Below are positions 19,381 through 29,582 of a DNA stretch of 64,000 nt, piece by piece (position 1 is the first letter of the stretch; every line of letters starts with the position of its first letter). The notes beneath the pieces were generated by a model. That model saw only the letters and a program-made list of their open reading frames with translations. It did no database searches and was not told the DNA's origin. The DNA is taken from positions 480,001 to 544,000 of the forward strand of contig CAXXLX010000001.1 in the NCBI GenBank assembly GCA_963665235.2, given 5' to 3'. This DNA comes from Candidatus Poribacteria bacterium. Lineage in GTDB: Bacteria > Poribacteria > WGA-4E > WGA-3G. Both the position numbers and the translations under genes were made by a program.

Positions 19381-19914
19381 ATTGTAGCATAAACTTCCAG
19401 TTTGTGTCCTTTATTGTAGCATAAACTTCCAGTTTGTGTCCTTTATCGTAGCATAAACTTCCAGTTTGTGTCCTTTATCGTAGCATAAACTTCCAGTTTG
19501 TGTCCTTTATCGTAGCATAAACTTCCAGTTTGTGTCCTTTATCGTAGCATAAACTTCCAGTTTGTGTCCTTTATCGTAGCATAAACTTCCAGTTTGTGTC
19601 CTTTATCGTAGCATAAACTTCCAGTTTGTGTCCTTTATCGTAGCATAAACTTCCAGTTTGTGTCCTTTATCCGTATAAACTTCCAGTTTGTGTCCTTTAT
19701 CGTAGCATAAACTTCCAGTTTGTGTCCTTTATCGTAGCATAAACTTCCAGTTTGTGTCCTTTATCGTAGCATAAACTTCCAGTTTGTGTCCTTTATCGTA
19801 GCATAAACTTCCAGTTTGTGTCCTTTATCGTAGCATAAACTTTTAGTTTGGGTCTTCCGTTCTCCGTTTCATTTCTAACAACCGGTAATGATAGAATAAT
19901 TAATAAAAATGGTA
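19381..19914. mobile_element. TACC MITE lacking a clear left end, about 15 tandem 32-bp REP units
   Basis: ATCGTAGCATAAACTTCCAGTTTGTGTCCTTT repeats; same right arm ending AAATGGTA. Confidence 0.85.
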
Positions 19915-19994
19915 TTAGAACGAAGACTACCGAAACAGAAGAACTGTGACACCTGCTCTGACGATTAGGATGTCACTCGATATGGAGAAGAAAA

Positions 19995-21062
19995 ATGGCA
20001 TCAAAATATCGGGTCGGAATTATCGGGTGCGGAGGCATTGCCAACGCCCATGCCCGGGGGTACGAAGGCGTTGAAGCGACAGAGATTGTCGCTCTTGCTG
20101 ACCCTGTCCAAGCAGCCCTAGACAGATTCGCGCATACCTACGGCGTGTCGAGTGAAAATTGCTATTTAGACGCACGGGAGATGCTGGACGCAGAAAACCT
20201 TGACATTGTTAGTGTCGCCACATGGCATAAACTTCATGCACCCATGACAATCGCAGCGTGTGCACGCGGTCCAAAAGCGGTGCTTTGTGAAAAACCGATG
20301 GGTGTAAACCTCGGTGAATGCAATGAAATGTTAATCGCTGCAAACCGAAACAGTGTCAAAGTCGTCGTTGGGCATCAACGGCGGTTCAATTCGGCATGGA
20401 CAGATGCCCGCAACCTCATCGCTGCAGGCGCAATTGGTGAACCGCGCCAGATTATCTGCCACGGTGGACAGGGGCTCCTGAACGACTGCTCACACCTCTT
20501 TGATATGATGCGCTACGTCCTCAACGATGCCGCCCCGGAGTGGGTCATTGGAAACGTCGAACGTAAAACCGACCGGTATGAACGCGATATCCAGATCGAA
20601 GACCGCAGTGCCGGAATTGTCGGTTTCGCAGGCGGATGCATCGGCATACTCATGCAGGAAATCGGCAGACCTAACTATCAGGGCGGCACTGTTTACGGAA
20701 CAGATGGCATCGCGGATGTAACAGAAGGCCGCGTACGCCTCCTCAACAGTAAAACAGCCGATTGGGAGGAACGTCCCTCCGATGGAACGAATCAGCACAT
20801 CGCACAAGCAGCCGAATTGGTCGAATGGCTCGAAGGCGGGCCCGAACACCGGGGCGAGGCGAAACATGGACGTGCCGCCGTCGAAATTATCATGGCAATC
20901 TACGAATCCGCACGGATGCACGAAGTGGTACGATTGCCACTCCGAACACATGCAAACCCGCTGGATTTGATGATTGAAAATGGCGATTTGCCCGTCGAAC
21001 GCCCCGGACGCTACGACATCCGGGCATTCCTATTGCATGGCGAGTCTATGAAACCCGACTAA
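19995..21062 (+). CDS. Gfo/Idh/MocA family oxidoreductase
   Basis: GIIGCGGIA, LCEKP, GHQRRF. Confidence 0.9.
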   Translation: MASKYRVGIIGCGGIANAHARGYEGVEATEIVALADPVQAALDRFAHTYGVSSENCYLDAREMLDAENLDIVSVATWHKLHAPMTIAACARGPKAVLCEKPMGVNLGECNEMLIAANRNSVKVVVGHQRRFNSAWTDARNLIAAGAIGEPRQIICHGGQGLLNDCSHLFDMMRYVLNDAAPEWVIGNVERKTDRYERDIQIEDRSAGIVGFAGGCIGILMQEIGRPNYQGGTVYGTDGIADVTEGRVRLLNSKTADWEERPSDGTNQHIAQAAELVEWLEGGPEHRGEAKHGRAAVEIIMAIYESARMHEVVRLPLRTHANPLDLMIENGDLPVERPGRYDIRAFLLHGESMKPD

Positions 21063-21106
21063 CCTAACACGCGCGAGCGTCTCCACCGCGCACATCAAAA
21101 GAACAG

Positions 21107-22351
21107 ATGCAAATAACACAAGGAATTAGCGTCGGGCTCTCCGCATTGAAGCGGAACAAATTGCGGTCAGTACTCACAACGCTCGGAATTATTATCGGTA
21201 TCGCCGCCGTCGTTGCTGTCGTCTCCGTTGGCGGCGGCGCGGAACATCTCACCCTAGCCGAATTTGAACGAATCGGCGGAGCAACAATGATTGTCTGCTT
21301 CCGACAAGATTTTATTAGAAGAGATGATGGTAAATACGTCCGAAATACACACCCAGCGTACATTGAGTATGAAGATGTCGAATTTGTCCTAAAAAACTGC
21401 CCGACTATCGTAAATGTGTCCGCCGACTACGGAGCAATCGACTTTCCCGTGAGACGCGGATACAACGTACGCTCACTCCAAGTCGAAGGCGTTACCACGT
21501 CATACCAAGAGGTCCATAACTGGTACGTTGAAACCGGAAGATTCCTTGATCAGAAAGATTTGGACAGAAGAGATACCGTCTGTGTTATCGGGTCAGAAGC
21601 ACGAAAGCAGCTCTTTAAACGGGACGACCCAATCGGACAAGAAATAAAAATTAACACAGAAAGGTTCACCGTCATCGGCGTTATGGAGGAGAAAGGCGAT
21701 AAAATGGCGAGCACAGGATGGGATAATCGGGTCATTATTCCGTTCTCTACGATGAAGATTCGCTTCATCGGACAACGAAAACACGGAATCGCCTTCTACA
21801 CACAAGCCGCAAGCTTCGAACAAGTTGAACAGGGCCTCGCTGAACTCAAGGTCGCTATGCGGCAACAACACGGGTCCGAAAAATACTTTGAATACTTCAC
21901 CGCTAAAGAAATCATAAAGGAGGTCGGGCATGTAAGCCGCATCATTCAAGTGCTGCTTGGCGGAGTCGCAAGTATTGCCCTATTCGTTGGCGGTATCGGC
22001 ATCATGAATATTATGCTGGTCTCCGTAACAGAACGTACCCGCGAAATCGGTTTACGCAAGGCTATTGGCGCGAGACGACGCGACATCCTAATTCAATTTC
22101 TGATTGAAGCCATTGTTCTAAGTATTTGTGGCGGCCTCGTCGGTATTTTAATCGGTAGCACCCTCGCCTCCGGCGCAGGATGGATTATCTCAAAATTCCT
22201 GATTAAAGATGCAAGTTGGCCCGCAATTGTATCCATCCAAGCCGCTTTAATCGCATTCGGTGTTTCCGCGTTCATCGGCATATTTTTCGGAATCTATCCA
22301 GCAAACAAGGCGGCAAACCTCACACCAACGGAGGCACTCCGCCACGAGTAA
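21107..22351 (+). CDS. MacB/FtsX-family ABC transporter permease
   Basis: RSVLTTLGIIIG; GGIGIMNIMLVSVTERTREIGLRKAIGA. Confidence 0.92.
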   Translation: MQITQGISVGLSALKRNKLRSVLTTLGIIIGIAAVVAVVSVGGGAEHLTLAEFERIGGATMIVCFRQDFIRRDDGKYVRNTHPAYIEYEDVEFVLKNCPTIVNVSADYGAIDFPVRRGYNVRSLQVEGVTTSYQEVHNWYVETGRFLDQKDLDRRDTVCVIGSEARKQLFKRDDPIGQEIKINTERFTVIGVMEEKGDKMASTGWDNRVIIPFSTMKIRFIGQRKHGIAFYTQAASFEQVEQGLAELKVAMRQQHGSEKYFEYFTAKEIIKEVGHVSRIIQVLLGGVASIALFVGGIGIMNIMLVSVTERTREIGLRKAIGARRRDILIQFLIEAIVLSICGGLVGILIGSTLASGAGWIISKFLIKDASWPAIVSIQAALIAFGVSAFIGIFFGIYPANKAANLTPTEALRHE

Positions 22352-22369
22352 AGTCCATAAGGAGATACC

Positions 22370-23404
22370 ATGAAAAATAAAACAAAAAAAGTACGCGCTG
22401 CTGTCATCGGACTCGGTTGGCCCGGGATGCAGCATCTCAAAGGTTACACAGTTGACCCCCGTTCAGAGGTCATCGCTGTTTGTGACCTCGATGAAAAACG
22501 CACCGAAGAGGTCGCGAAGGAACATAACATCCCGAATACCTATACAAACCATCTGGAGATGTTAGAAAATAGAGATATCGATGCCGTTAGCGTCTGTCTA
22601 CCGAATTTCCTACATGCACCTATCTCTATTGACGCGCTAAATGCTGGCAAACATGTCCTTTGCGAAAAACCCCCTGCCCGAAGTGCAACTGAAGCCAAAG
22701 CGATGGCTGATGCAGCAACTGAAAACGGAAAGACCTTAATGTACGCACTCGTACAACGGTTCGGTGGTAACAGTCAAAAACTGAAGCAGCTAATTCAGGA
22801 TGGCGAACTCGGCGACGTTTATTTCGGTAAAGCGGCTTACGTCCGCCGCCGTGGCATCCCCATCGGCAAAGAGGGATGGTTCGTCGATAAAGAACGCGCC
22901 GGCGGCGGTGCCCTCATTGACATCGGCGTACATGCATTAGACTGTATTTGGTGGCTAATGAACTCCCCGAAACCGGTCGAAATTATGGGCGCGACCTATT
23001 CTCACTTCAAACACCTGGTCCCCGATAATATCAAATACGATGTTGACGATGCAACCTTTGCCCAAATCCACTTTGAAAACGGTGCCACTATTGTCCTTGA
23101 AACTACATGGGCACTCAACCTCCCAGGGGACAACTACATAAGAATAGCAGGAACGAAAGCAGGCGCGAGCCTCAACCCGTTCACCCTTTACACCGAAGAA
23201 GACGGAAAACAGGTAGATAAATCGCTCGAGGCACCATCAATTAACAGTTTTGACGAAGAGGTGAAACATTTCGTGGCGTGCATAGTGGAGGAAACAGAGC
23301 CCATCCCTTCAGCGGAACAGGGGATTATGTTGATGCAGATGCTTGACGGTATTTATGAATCCGCAAAGACAGGACAATCTGTCCATATCACCGACCTGAG
23401 CTGA
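22370..23404 (+). CDS. Gfo/Idh/MocA family oxidoreductase
   Basis: VIGLGWPG, GKHVLCEKP, GGGALIDIGVH. Confidence 0.92.
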   Translation: MKNKTKKVRAAVIGLGWPGMQHLKGYTVDPRSEVIAVCDLDEKRTEEVAKEHNIPNTYTNHLEMLENRDIDAVSVCLPNFLHAPISIDALNAGKHVLCEKPPARSATEAKAMADAATENGKTLMYALVQRFGGNSQKLKQLIQDGELGDVYFGKAAYVRRRGIPIGKEGWFVDKERAGGGALIDIGVHALDCIWWLMNSPKPVEIMGATYSHFKHLVPDNIKYDVDDATFAQIHFENGATIVLETTWALNLPGDNYIRIAGTKAGASLNPFTLYTEEDGKQVDKSLEAPSINSFDEEVKHFVACIVEETEPIPSAEQGIMLMQMLDGIYESAKTGQSVHITDLS

Positions 23405-23467
23405 AAATTTTACGCTTTTAAAAAAAGGTTGACAACTGTCGAAATTTAAGATATGATGTCATTGTAA

Positions 23468-23951
23468 TACCATTTCTAATTGAAAATGTCTCTTTATTGT
23501 AGCATAAACTTCCAGTTTGTGCCTTGTAGCATAAACTTCCAGTTTGTGCCTTGTAGCATAAACTTCCAGTTTGTGCCTTGTAGCATAAACTTCCCTTGTA
23601 GCATAAACTTCCAGTTTGTGCCTTGTAGCATAAACTTCCAGTTTGTGCCTTGTAGCATAAACTTCCAGTTTGTGCCTTGTAGCATAAACTTCCAGTTTGT
23701 GCCTTGTAGCATAAACTTCCAGTTTGTGCCTTGTAGCATAAACTTCCAGTTTGTGCCTTGTAGCATAAACTTCCAGTTTGTGCCTTGTAGCATAAACAGT
23801 TTGTGCCTTGTAGCATAAACTTCCAGTTTGTGCCTTGTAGCATAAACTTCCAGTTTGTGCGTTATTGTAGCATAAACTTTTAGTTTGGGTCTTCCGTTCT
23901 CCGTTTCATTTCTAACAACCGGTAATGATAGAATAATTAATAAAAATGGTA
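23468..23951. mobile_element. TACC MITE with about 15 tandem 27-bp REP units
   Basis: TAA|TACCATTT...AAATGGTA|TAA. Confidence 0.88.
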
Positions 23952-23991
23952 TAAGTAAACTGTAAGAGTATGTCAGAATTTTAAAAAAAAG

Positions 23992-24020
23992 TTGACAATT
24001 TTCGAAATTTAAGATATAAT
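23992..24020 (+). promoter_or_regulatory. Consensus sigma70 promoter (related copies at about 23429 and 26796)
   Basis: TTGACA-17-TATAAT. Confidence 0.8.
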
Positions 24021-24050
24021 GTCCTTGTAAATCATACTTTTATTTGGGGT

Positions 24051-24552
24051 TTGACAATGAAAAACCGACAAGCACAATCGCTATTGAGAAAAGAACGTAG
24101 TAGATGCCTTCGAGCTAGGCAGGATTGTCCGCGCAGAATACCTATCGGTTTCTACATTAACTTTCCGTTAAACCCCCCCCTTAATAAATTTTCTTATTTG
24201 TTAATTATTTTACGTCGTATTGCAGGATTTAAAATCTGCGATATTTCGCGCCCGCACGTACTTCGTCCACGACGAAGTGTACAGTTGCGGGCTTTTGTTG
24301 TTGCATCGGAGTGTACTTCCGTTCCGCATCTGTACCGTGCGTGACAGCGGAATATAATAGGACAGTACACATCGAACAAAACAAATTTAAGGTCTCTGTC
24401 CATTAAACTGTCTGATATAACAGTGTTTAAGGAACTTGATAGTTCACGTAATACTGTTCAATTAGATAACCGAGACCTAATTTACGACACCTTGGAACCG
24501 AGGGAAATCTGTAAATCCCTTTGTGTACCAAAACTATAAGGAGAAATTCTAA
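24051..24552 (+). other. Conserved ~500-nt leader or decayed ORF, copy 1
   Basis: Aligns along its length with 26889-27384; in-frame TGA at 24342. Confidence 0.6.
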
Positions 24553-25002
24553 GTCAATAACCCCCCGCTAAAGCGTGGGGGCTTGTCCAAGATGGTAGCC
24601 ACCCTGTAACTTGGGTGAGGGCAACTTATTGACTACCGTAATATATCGCGATATCGAGGCGTGGCAGCCTCAACGTATCCATTAAAACGCTATAGTCAAG
24701 TGGTAGTTTCTATAGCTAGGTCCTGCTCCCCAAGGGTTGGGTTCATGCGGGTATCGTGATCGGGATGGGGCAATATACACTCCGAAAGGAGACTTACCTG
24801 TTTTCTCAAAGATACCGTGTCAGGTCAAGTAAACAGAAAGTGCGAGTTCTGTTGAACGAAGCAGCACAGTTTGCGAGGAGCGCCTACGGGAAACTTGTGG
24901 CGAAAAAACAACCCGACTCCCCTTTGGGGGAAATCTAAAACGAATAGGAGCGGTGTTTCCTCCCCCGCATAAATGCTGGGGGTTTCCACACCGAATATTT
25001 TG
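24553..25002 (+). mobile_element. Non-autonomous IscB-type (HEARO/omega-RNA) IS200/IS605 element
   Basis: GTCAATAACCCCCCGCTAAAGCGTGGGGGCTTG...TTATTGAC start; terminal hairpin CCCCCGCATAAATGCTGGGGG; followed by ATGA; absent at the paralogous site 27384/27385. Confidence 0.82.
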
Positions 25003-25698
25003 ATGAAAATTATGTTAGTATTAGCAGGATTTATGTTGATGATAGCCTTTGTTATTATCAGCACAAGCGACATGGTATGGGCGGAGGAAGTCTTGGGAAC
25101 AGGAACCGGCTCACTGATAGGCGGCGACCTAACCGACCCAGAAGACGATGGTCAACCTGAAACAGATGACGGTTACAACGCTGTTTTCACAGCCAACGAA
25201 GAACCCGGTTTCGGGGGCGGGGAATCTGCGTTTAACGTCTTCGATAACCGCCTTGGCCCCGGCAATGACAAATGGTGCTGCGGACGTGGCGGCGGCATTC
25301 CGGACGAAGGTCTACACGTGACAGCTGAATTTGACGAGCCGTACGCATTGACACACTTCACCGTATCCTCAGCGAACGATGTTCCTAATAGGGACCCTAC
25401 AGAATGGGAAATTCAGGGGTCGAACGACGGCAAAGAATTCACGACCATCTTTTCTCACAAGGGGGATAGCTTCTGGGATCAGCGACTGCAAGTCGTCCTT
25501 TTTAAGGCTGGAAAAGATTACGACGTTCAAAAAATCGGGTACAAGTTTTTCCGGCATGTTACTTTTAACACCGCAGCGAACCCGGCTGGAGCGTACTTTC
25601 AAATTGGCGAAATAGAGTACTTCGGCGATGATAGTTATCCCGTAGACCCTAGAACCAAGCTCACAACCACATGGGGAAGCATCAAAAACGCCCGATAA
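25003..25698 (+). CDS. Secreted discoidin/F5-8-like beta-sandwich protein with TTTWG tail
   Basis: Signal peptide, FNVFDN..KWCC, SANDVPNRDPTEWEIQGSNDG, FQIGEIEYF. Confidence 0.75.
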   Translation: MKIMLVLAGFMLMIAFVIISTSDMVWAEEVLGTGTGSLIGGDLTDPEDDGQPETDDGYNAVFTANEEPGFGGGESAFNVFDNRLGPGNDKWCCGRGGGIPDEGLHVTAEFDEPYALTHFTVSSANDVPNRDPTEWEIQGSNDGKEFTTIFSHKGDSFWDQRLQVVLFKAGKDYDVQKIGYKFFRHVTFNTAANPAGAYFQIGEIEYFGDDSYPVDPRTKLTTTWGSIKNAR

Positions 25699-25719
25699 GC
25701 ACAAATATCTGACATTTCT

Positions 25720-25761
25720 AAATCGGCTTGAATCCAGTAATAACTGGGTTTAAGCCGATTT
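25720..25761 (+). terminator. Intrinsic terminator
   Basis: AAATCGGCTTGAATCCAGT...ACTGGGTTTAAGCCGATTT. Confidence 0.7.
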
Positions 25762-25932
25762 CCACACAGGTGTCCAATCAGAAACACCCACACTCGGCAT
25801 TAGACTATTTGACACCTATCGAATTTCAACGACAAAACTGCACAAACATTAATAAAGATTGGTATGGTAATGGGTGCAGTTTATTCAAACTCACGTAAAA
25901 GTGAGATTCATTTCTATAGGAGATGGCACATT

Positions 25933-26631
25933 ATGAAAATTATGTTAGTATTAGCAGGATTTGTGTTGATGATAGGCTTTCTTGTTATCGGCACAAGCGA
26001 CATGGCATGGGCAGAGGAAGTCTTGGGAACAGGAACAGCCTCGCTGCTAGGAGGTGACCTAACCGACCCAGAAGACGATGGTAGTCCCGATGCAGACGAA
26101 GGTTACAACGCCATTTTCACAGCCAATGAAGAACCCGGTTTCGGGGGCGGCGAATTTTCCTTTAACGTCTTTGATAACCGCCTTGGCGGCGGCAATGACA
26201 AATGGTGCTGCGGACGTGGTGGCGGCATTCCGGACGAAGGCCTACACATAACAGCTGAACTTGAAGATCCGTATGTATTGACACACTTCACCGTATCCTC
26301 AGCGAACGATGTTCCCGCAAGAGACCCTACAGAATGGGAAGTTCAGGGCTCGAACGACGGCGAAGACTTTACGACCATCTTTTCTCACTCCGGGGATAGC
26401 TTTTGGACTGCGCGACTGCAAGTCGTCCTTTTTGAGGCTGGAAAAGATTACGACGCTCAAACCACCGCGTATCGGTTTTTTCGGCATGTTACCTTTAACA
26501 CCGCATCGAACCCAGCTGGAGCGTACTTTCAAATTGGCGAAATTGAATACTTCGGCGCTGATAGTTCGACCGCTGTAGACGCTAAAGCCAAGCTCACAAC
26601 CACATGGGGAAGCATCAAAAACGCCCGATAA
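25933..26631 (+). CDS. Paralog of the 25003 gene, secreted discoidin-like protein
   Basis: High identity to the upstream gene; AGGAGA RBS. Confidence 0.8.
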   Translation: MKIMLVLAGFVLMIGFLVIGTSDMAWAEEVLGTGTASLLGGDLTDPEDDGSPDADEGYNAIFTANEEPGFGGGEFSFNVFDNRLGGGNDKWCCGRGGGIPDEGLHITAELEDPYVLTHFTVSSANDVPARDPTEWEVQGSNDGEDFTTIFSHSGDSFWTARLQVVLFEAGKDYDAQTTAYRFFRHVTFNTASNPAGAYFQIGEIEYFGADSSTAVDAKAKLTTTWGSIKNAR

Positions 26632-26653
26632 GCACAAATATCTAACACTTCCT

Positions 26654-26698
26654 AAAACGGCTTGAATCCAGTAATAACTGGGTTTAAGCCGTTTTTTT
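26654..26698 (+). terminator. Intrinsic terminator
   Basis: AAAACGGCTTGAATCCAGT...ACTGGGTTTAAGCCGTTTTTTT. Confidence 0.75.
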
Positions 26699-26888
26699 AT
26701 ATCCACTTGAAACCGTGAGGGTGAAAACTTTTTTCAAACTCGCGTTTTTGATAAATAAATCGTCCGGCTGAAAATTTGACGATTTCAAAAAAAGGTTGAC
26801 AACTGCCGAAATTTAAGATATAATGTCTTTGTAAATTGTATGAGCGGAAAACTTTGTTACCGCATATCTCATTTTTCATATCCGGGGT

Positions 26889-27384
26889 TTGACAATGCAA
26901 AACCGACAAGCGACATCACTATCCAGAAATGAACGCAATAGATGCCTTCGAGCTAGGCAGGATTGTCCGCGCAGGGTGCCTATTGATTTTAGCGTATCGT
27001 TAAACCCCCCCCTTAATAAATTTTCTTACTCGTTAATTATTTTACGTATCGCAGGATTTAAAATCTGTGATATTTCGCGCCCGCACGTCCTTACGTCCTT
27101 CGTCTATCACGAAGTACTTGCGGGCTTTTGTTATTGCATTGGAGCGTACTTCTGTTCCGCATCCGTACCATGCGTGCCAGCGGGATATAATAGGACAGTA
27201 CGCCTCGAACGAAACAAATCCAAGGTCTCTGTCCATTAAACTGTCTGATATAACAGTGTTTAAGAAACTTGATGGTTCACGTAATACTGCTCAAGTAGGT
27301 AACCGAGACCTAATTTACGACACTCTGGAACCGAGGGGAATCTGTAAATCCCTTCGTGTACCAAAACTATAAGGAGAAATCTAA
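26889..27384 (+). other. Conserved ~500-nt leader or decayed ORF, copy 2
   Basis: Homologous to 24051-24552; frameshifted relative to copy 1. Confidence 0.6.
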
Positions 27385-28230
27385 ATGAATTTCAAAGCTA
27401 TAAAAGTGGTTTGTATCCTCAGCCTCTTACTTACCTCTATTTGGTACGTAAACGCGGTTGATGCACAACTTGATGAAAACACAGTTGCTGGCATGTGGAC
27501 CTTTGAAGAAGGTGAAGGCACAGTCGTCAAAGACCTCTCCGGTAATGGAACCGATGGAGCGTTTGTTGGTAGCTTAGAATGGGTCGATGCCAAATTCGGT
27601 GGTGGGTTAAAGTTTGATGGCACAAACACTTGGATTAAACTCGGAACAAAAGGTGATGCGGATAGTTTAGCGGCTTTGCAAGTTAAGGATTTAGCAGGGT
27701 TCTCTGTCCACGCCTGGGTCTATTCGGAAGTAGCTCCAACTGGCAAATGCGTTGTTTGGAAAGGCCTTGGGTGTTCAACCTGGTCACAGTTCCGTCTGGG
27801 AACAGGTTCTCACGAAAACGGGGACAACAGTACAAAGGCATCGTTTCACATCCGAGCTGGAAACGGCGGTGCTAGGCTTGAAGTTCTCGGTGATGACCTG
27901 CCTGCTGGAGAATGGCTGCATCTCGTTGGCACCTGGGACGGAACCAAAAATCACATCTACGTCAACGGCGAACTCCAAGCATCCGCAGATGCATCACAAC
28001 CCCCTTGGGCATCCCCTGAAGAGGTCTACATCGGGGCCGACCCTGGCTGCGGTAAGCGGGGACAGTGGAACGGTATCATGGACGAAGTCGCTATCTTTAA
28101 CGTAGCACTCTCAGCCGAGCAGGTTGCAGAGCTCGGGCAAGGTCTTGACGCTGCTTTAGGAAGAGCCACACCGGTTGACCCCATCGGGAAAACAGCAACA
28201 ACCTGGGGCAAACTCAAAAATAGGAAGTAA
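27385..28230 (+). CDS. Secreted LamG/concanavalin-like domain protein with TTWG tail
   Basis: WTFEEGEG..DLSGNG, KFGGGLKFDG, WLHLVGTWDG..YVNG, GIMDEVAIFN. Confidence 0.88.
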   Translation: MNFKAIKVVCILSLLLTSIWYVNAVDAQLDENTVAGMWTFEEGEGTVVKDLSGNGTDGAFVGSLEWVDAKFGGGLKFDGTNTWIKLGTKGDADSLAALQVKDLAGFSVHAWVYSEVAPTGKCVVWKGLGCSTWSQFRLGTGSHENGDNSTKASFHIRAGNGGARLEVLGDDLPAGEWLHLVGTWDGTKNHIYVNGELQASADASQPPWASPEEVYIGADPGCGKRGQWNGIMDEVAIFNVALSAEQVAELGQGLDAALGRATPVDPIGKTATTWGKLKNRK

Positions 28231-28390
28231 CGTGCATGTGTTATGGAATAGAACGGTCTGTTTCGACGCTGTTCCAGAACATCGAAAAACTTGCTTTATG
28301 GTGAAGCGATATATAGCGTGTTCCTGTATTTTTTAGTATATTATCGACTGTTTGTTACATAGACAGTCTCAAAAAATAGGAGAAATATAG

Positions 28391-29233
28391 ATGTTTCTTT
28401 ATAAATGTTATGCGAAACTGACACTCACCGCACTTACGCTCATTTTTATCAGTTTTGCCGTGATAACAGTGCCAACTGACGCGAAAATCGACGAAGCTAC
28501 GATTGTCGGAATGTGGACCTTTGAAGAAGGAAAAGGCAATACCGTCGGCGACAGCTCAGAAAACGAGAGCGATGGCACATTTGTCGGCGATCTGAAATGG
28601 GTAAAAGGTAAATTCGGCGGTGGACTGGAGTTTAACGGAGATACGTGGGTTAAGATTGGGGAGAAGGGCAACGCAGACTCCCTAGCAGCCCTAGATTTTA
28701 AAGCCGCCGAAGGATTTTCAATTCACGCTTGGGTCTATTCTGAAGTAGCACCCGGCGGCAAATGTGTAATCTGGAAAGGACTTGGATGCTCAACCTGGTC
28801 ACAATGGCTACTCGGAACCGGGGCACATGAAAACGGGGACAACAGCGCAAGGGCAGCATTCCATATCCGCGCCGGAAACGGGGGTGCTAGAAATGAGGCA
28901 CTCGGCGCTGAACTTCCCGCAAAAGAGTGGATTCATCTCGTAGGTGTTTGGGATGGAGAAAACGTTTATGTCTACGTTAACGGTAAATTATCCGGTGAAG
29001 CCCCCGCAGCAGGCCCCCCTTGGGCTTCAGGAGAGGAAGTTTACATGGGAGCTGATCCTGGCTGTAATAAACGGTGCCTGTGGGACGGTATCATGGACGA
29101 GATTGTTATCTTCAACGTTGTACTTGCTGAAGCTGAAATTAAATCACTCGGCAATGGAATTGAAGGTGCCCTAGCTGTAGATGCCGGTGGAAAAGCAACA
29201 ACGACCTGGGGTAAACTCAAAGCTGTCAAATAG
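28391..29233 (+). CDS. Secreted LamG domain protein, paralog of the upstream gene
   Basis: Same motifs; KATTTWGKLK tail. Confidence 0.88.
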   Translation: MFLYKCYAKLTLTALTLIFISFAVITVPTDAKIDEATIVGMWTFEEGKGNTVGDSSENESDGTFVGDLKWVKGKFGGGLEFNGDTWVKIGEKGNADSLAALDFKAAEGFSIHAWVYSEVAPGGKCVIWKGLGCSTWSQWLLGTGAHENGDNSARAAFHIRAGNGGARNEALGAELPAKEWIHLVGVWDGENVYVYVNGKLSGEAPAAGPPWASGEEVYMGADPGCNKRCLWDGIMDEIVIFNVVLAEAEIKSLGNGIEGALAVDAGGKATTTWGKLKAVK

Positions 29234-29582
29234 GAATCCCAGGGACATCCACTCCCTACACTAAACATGTAACGTACCGAGGATGCGATGCCTGCGAAAA
29301 CGAAGTAGGTATCGCATTCTCTACCCCTCTTCCACCCTTCCACTCTTCCCACCTTTCCCTTTCACAAAAACTTTACACCCCCAACGCCTTTTCCCTTGAT
29401 TTTTCCACAGAAATTTGTTAGAATTACGTTACAAACAAATGCACAACAAATTGTGGAGACACTTATGGCATCTATTGCTGCATACGATCTTTACACCCCC
29501 AACGCCTTTTCCCTTGATTTTTCCACAGAAATTTGTTAGAATTACGTTACAAACAAATGCACAACAAATTGTGGAGACACTT

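Noticed and set aside
19381-19860. Palindromic 27-32-bp repeat arrays as CRISPR (also 928, 23498, 56090)
   Set aside because: No unique spacers and no cas genes; units are REP hairpins bounded by MITE arms.
24342-24344. In-frame TGA aligned to Cys as selenocysteine
   Set aside because: The other copy is frameshifted, coding status is doubtful, and I recognised no SECIS.
24973-26631. Paralog pairs as DGR template/variable repeats
   Set aside because: Differences are not adenine-specific and no reverse transcriptase is present.
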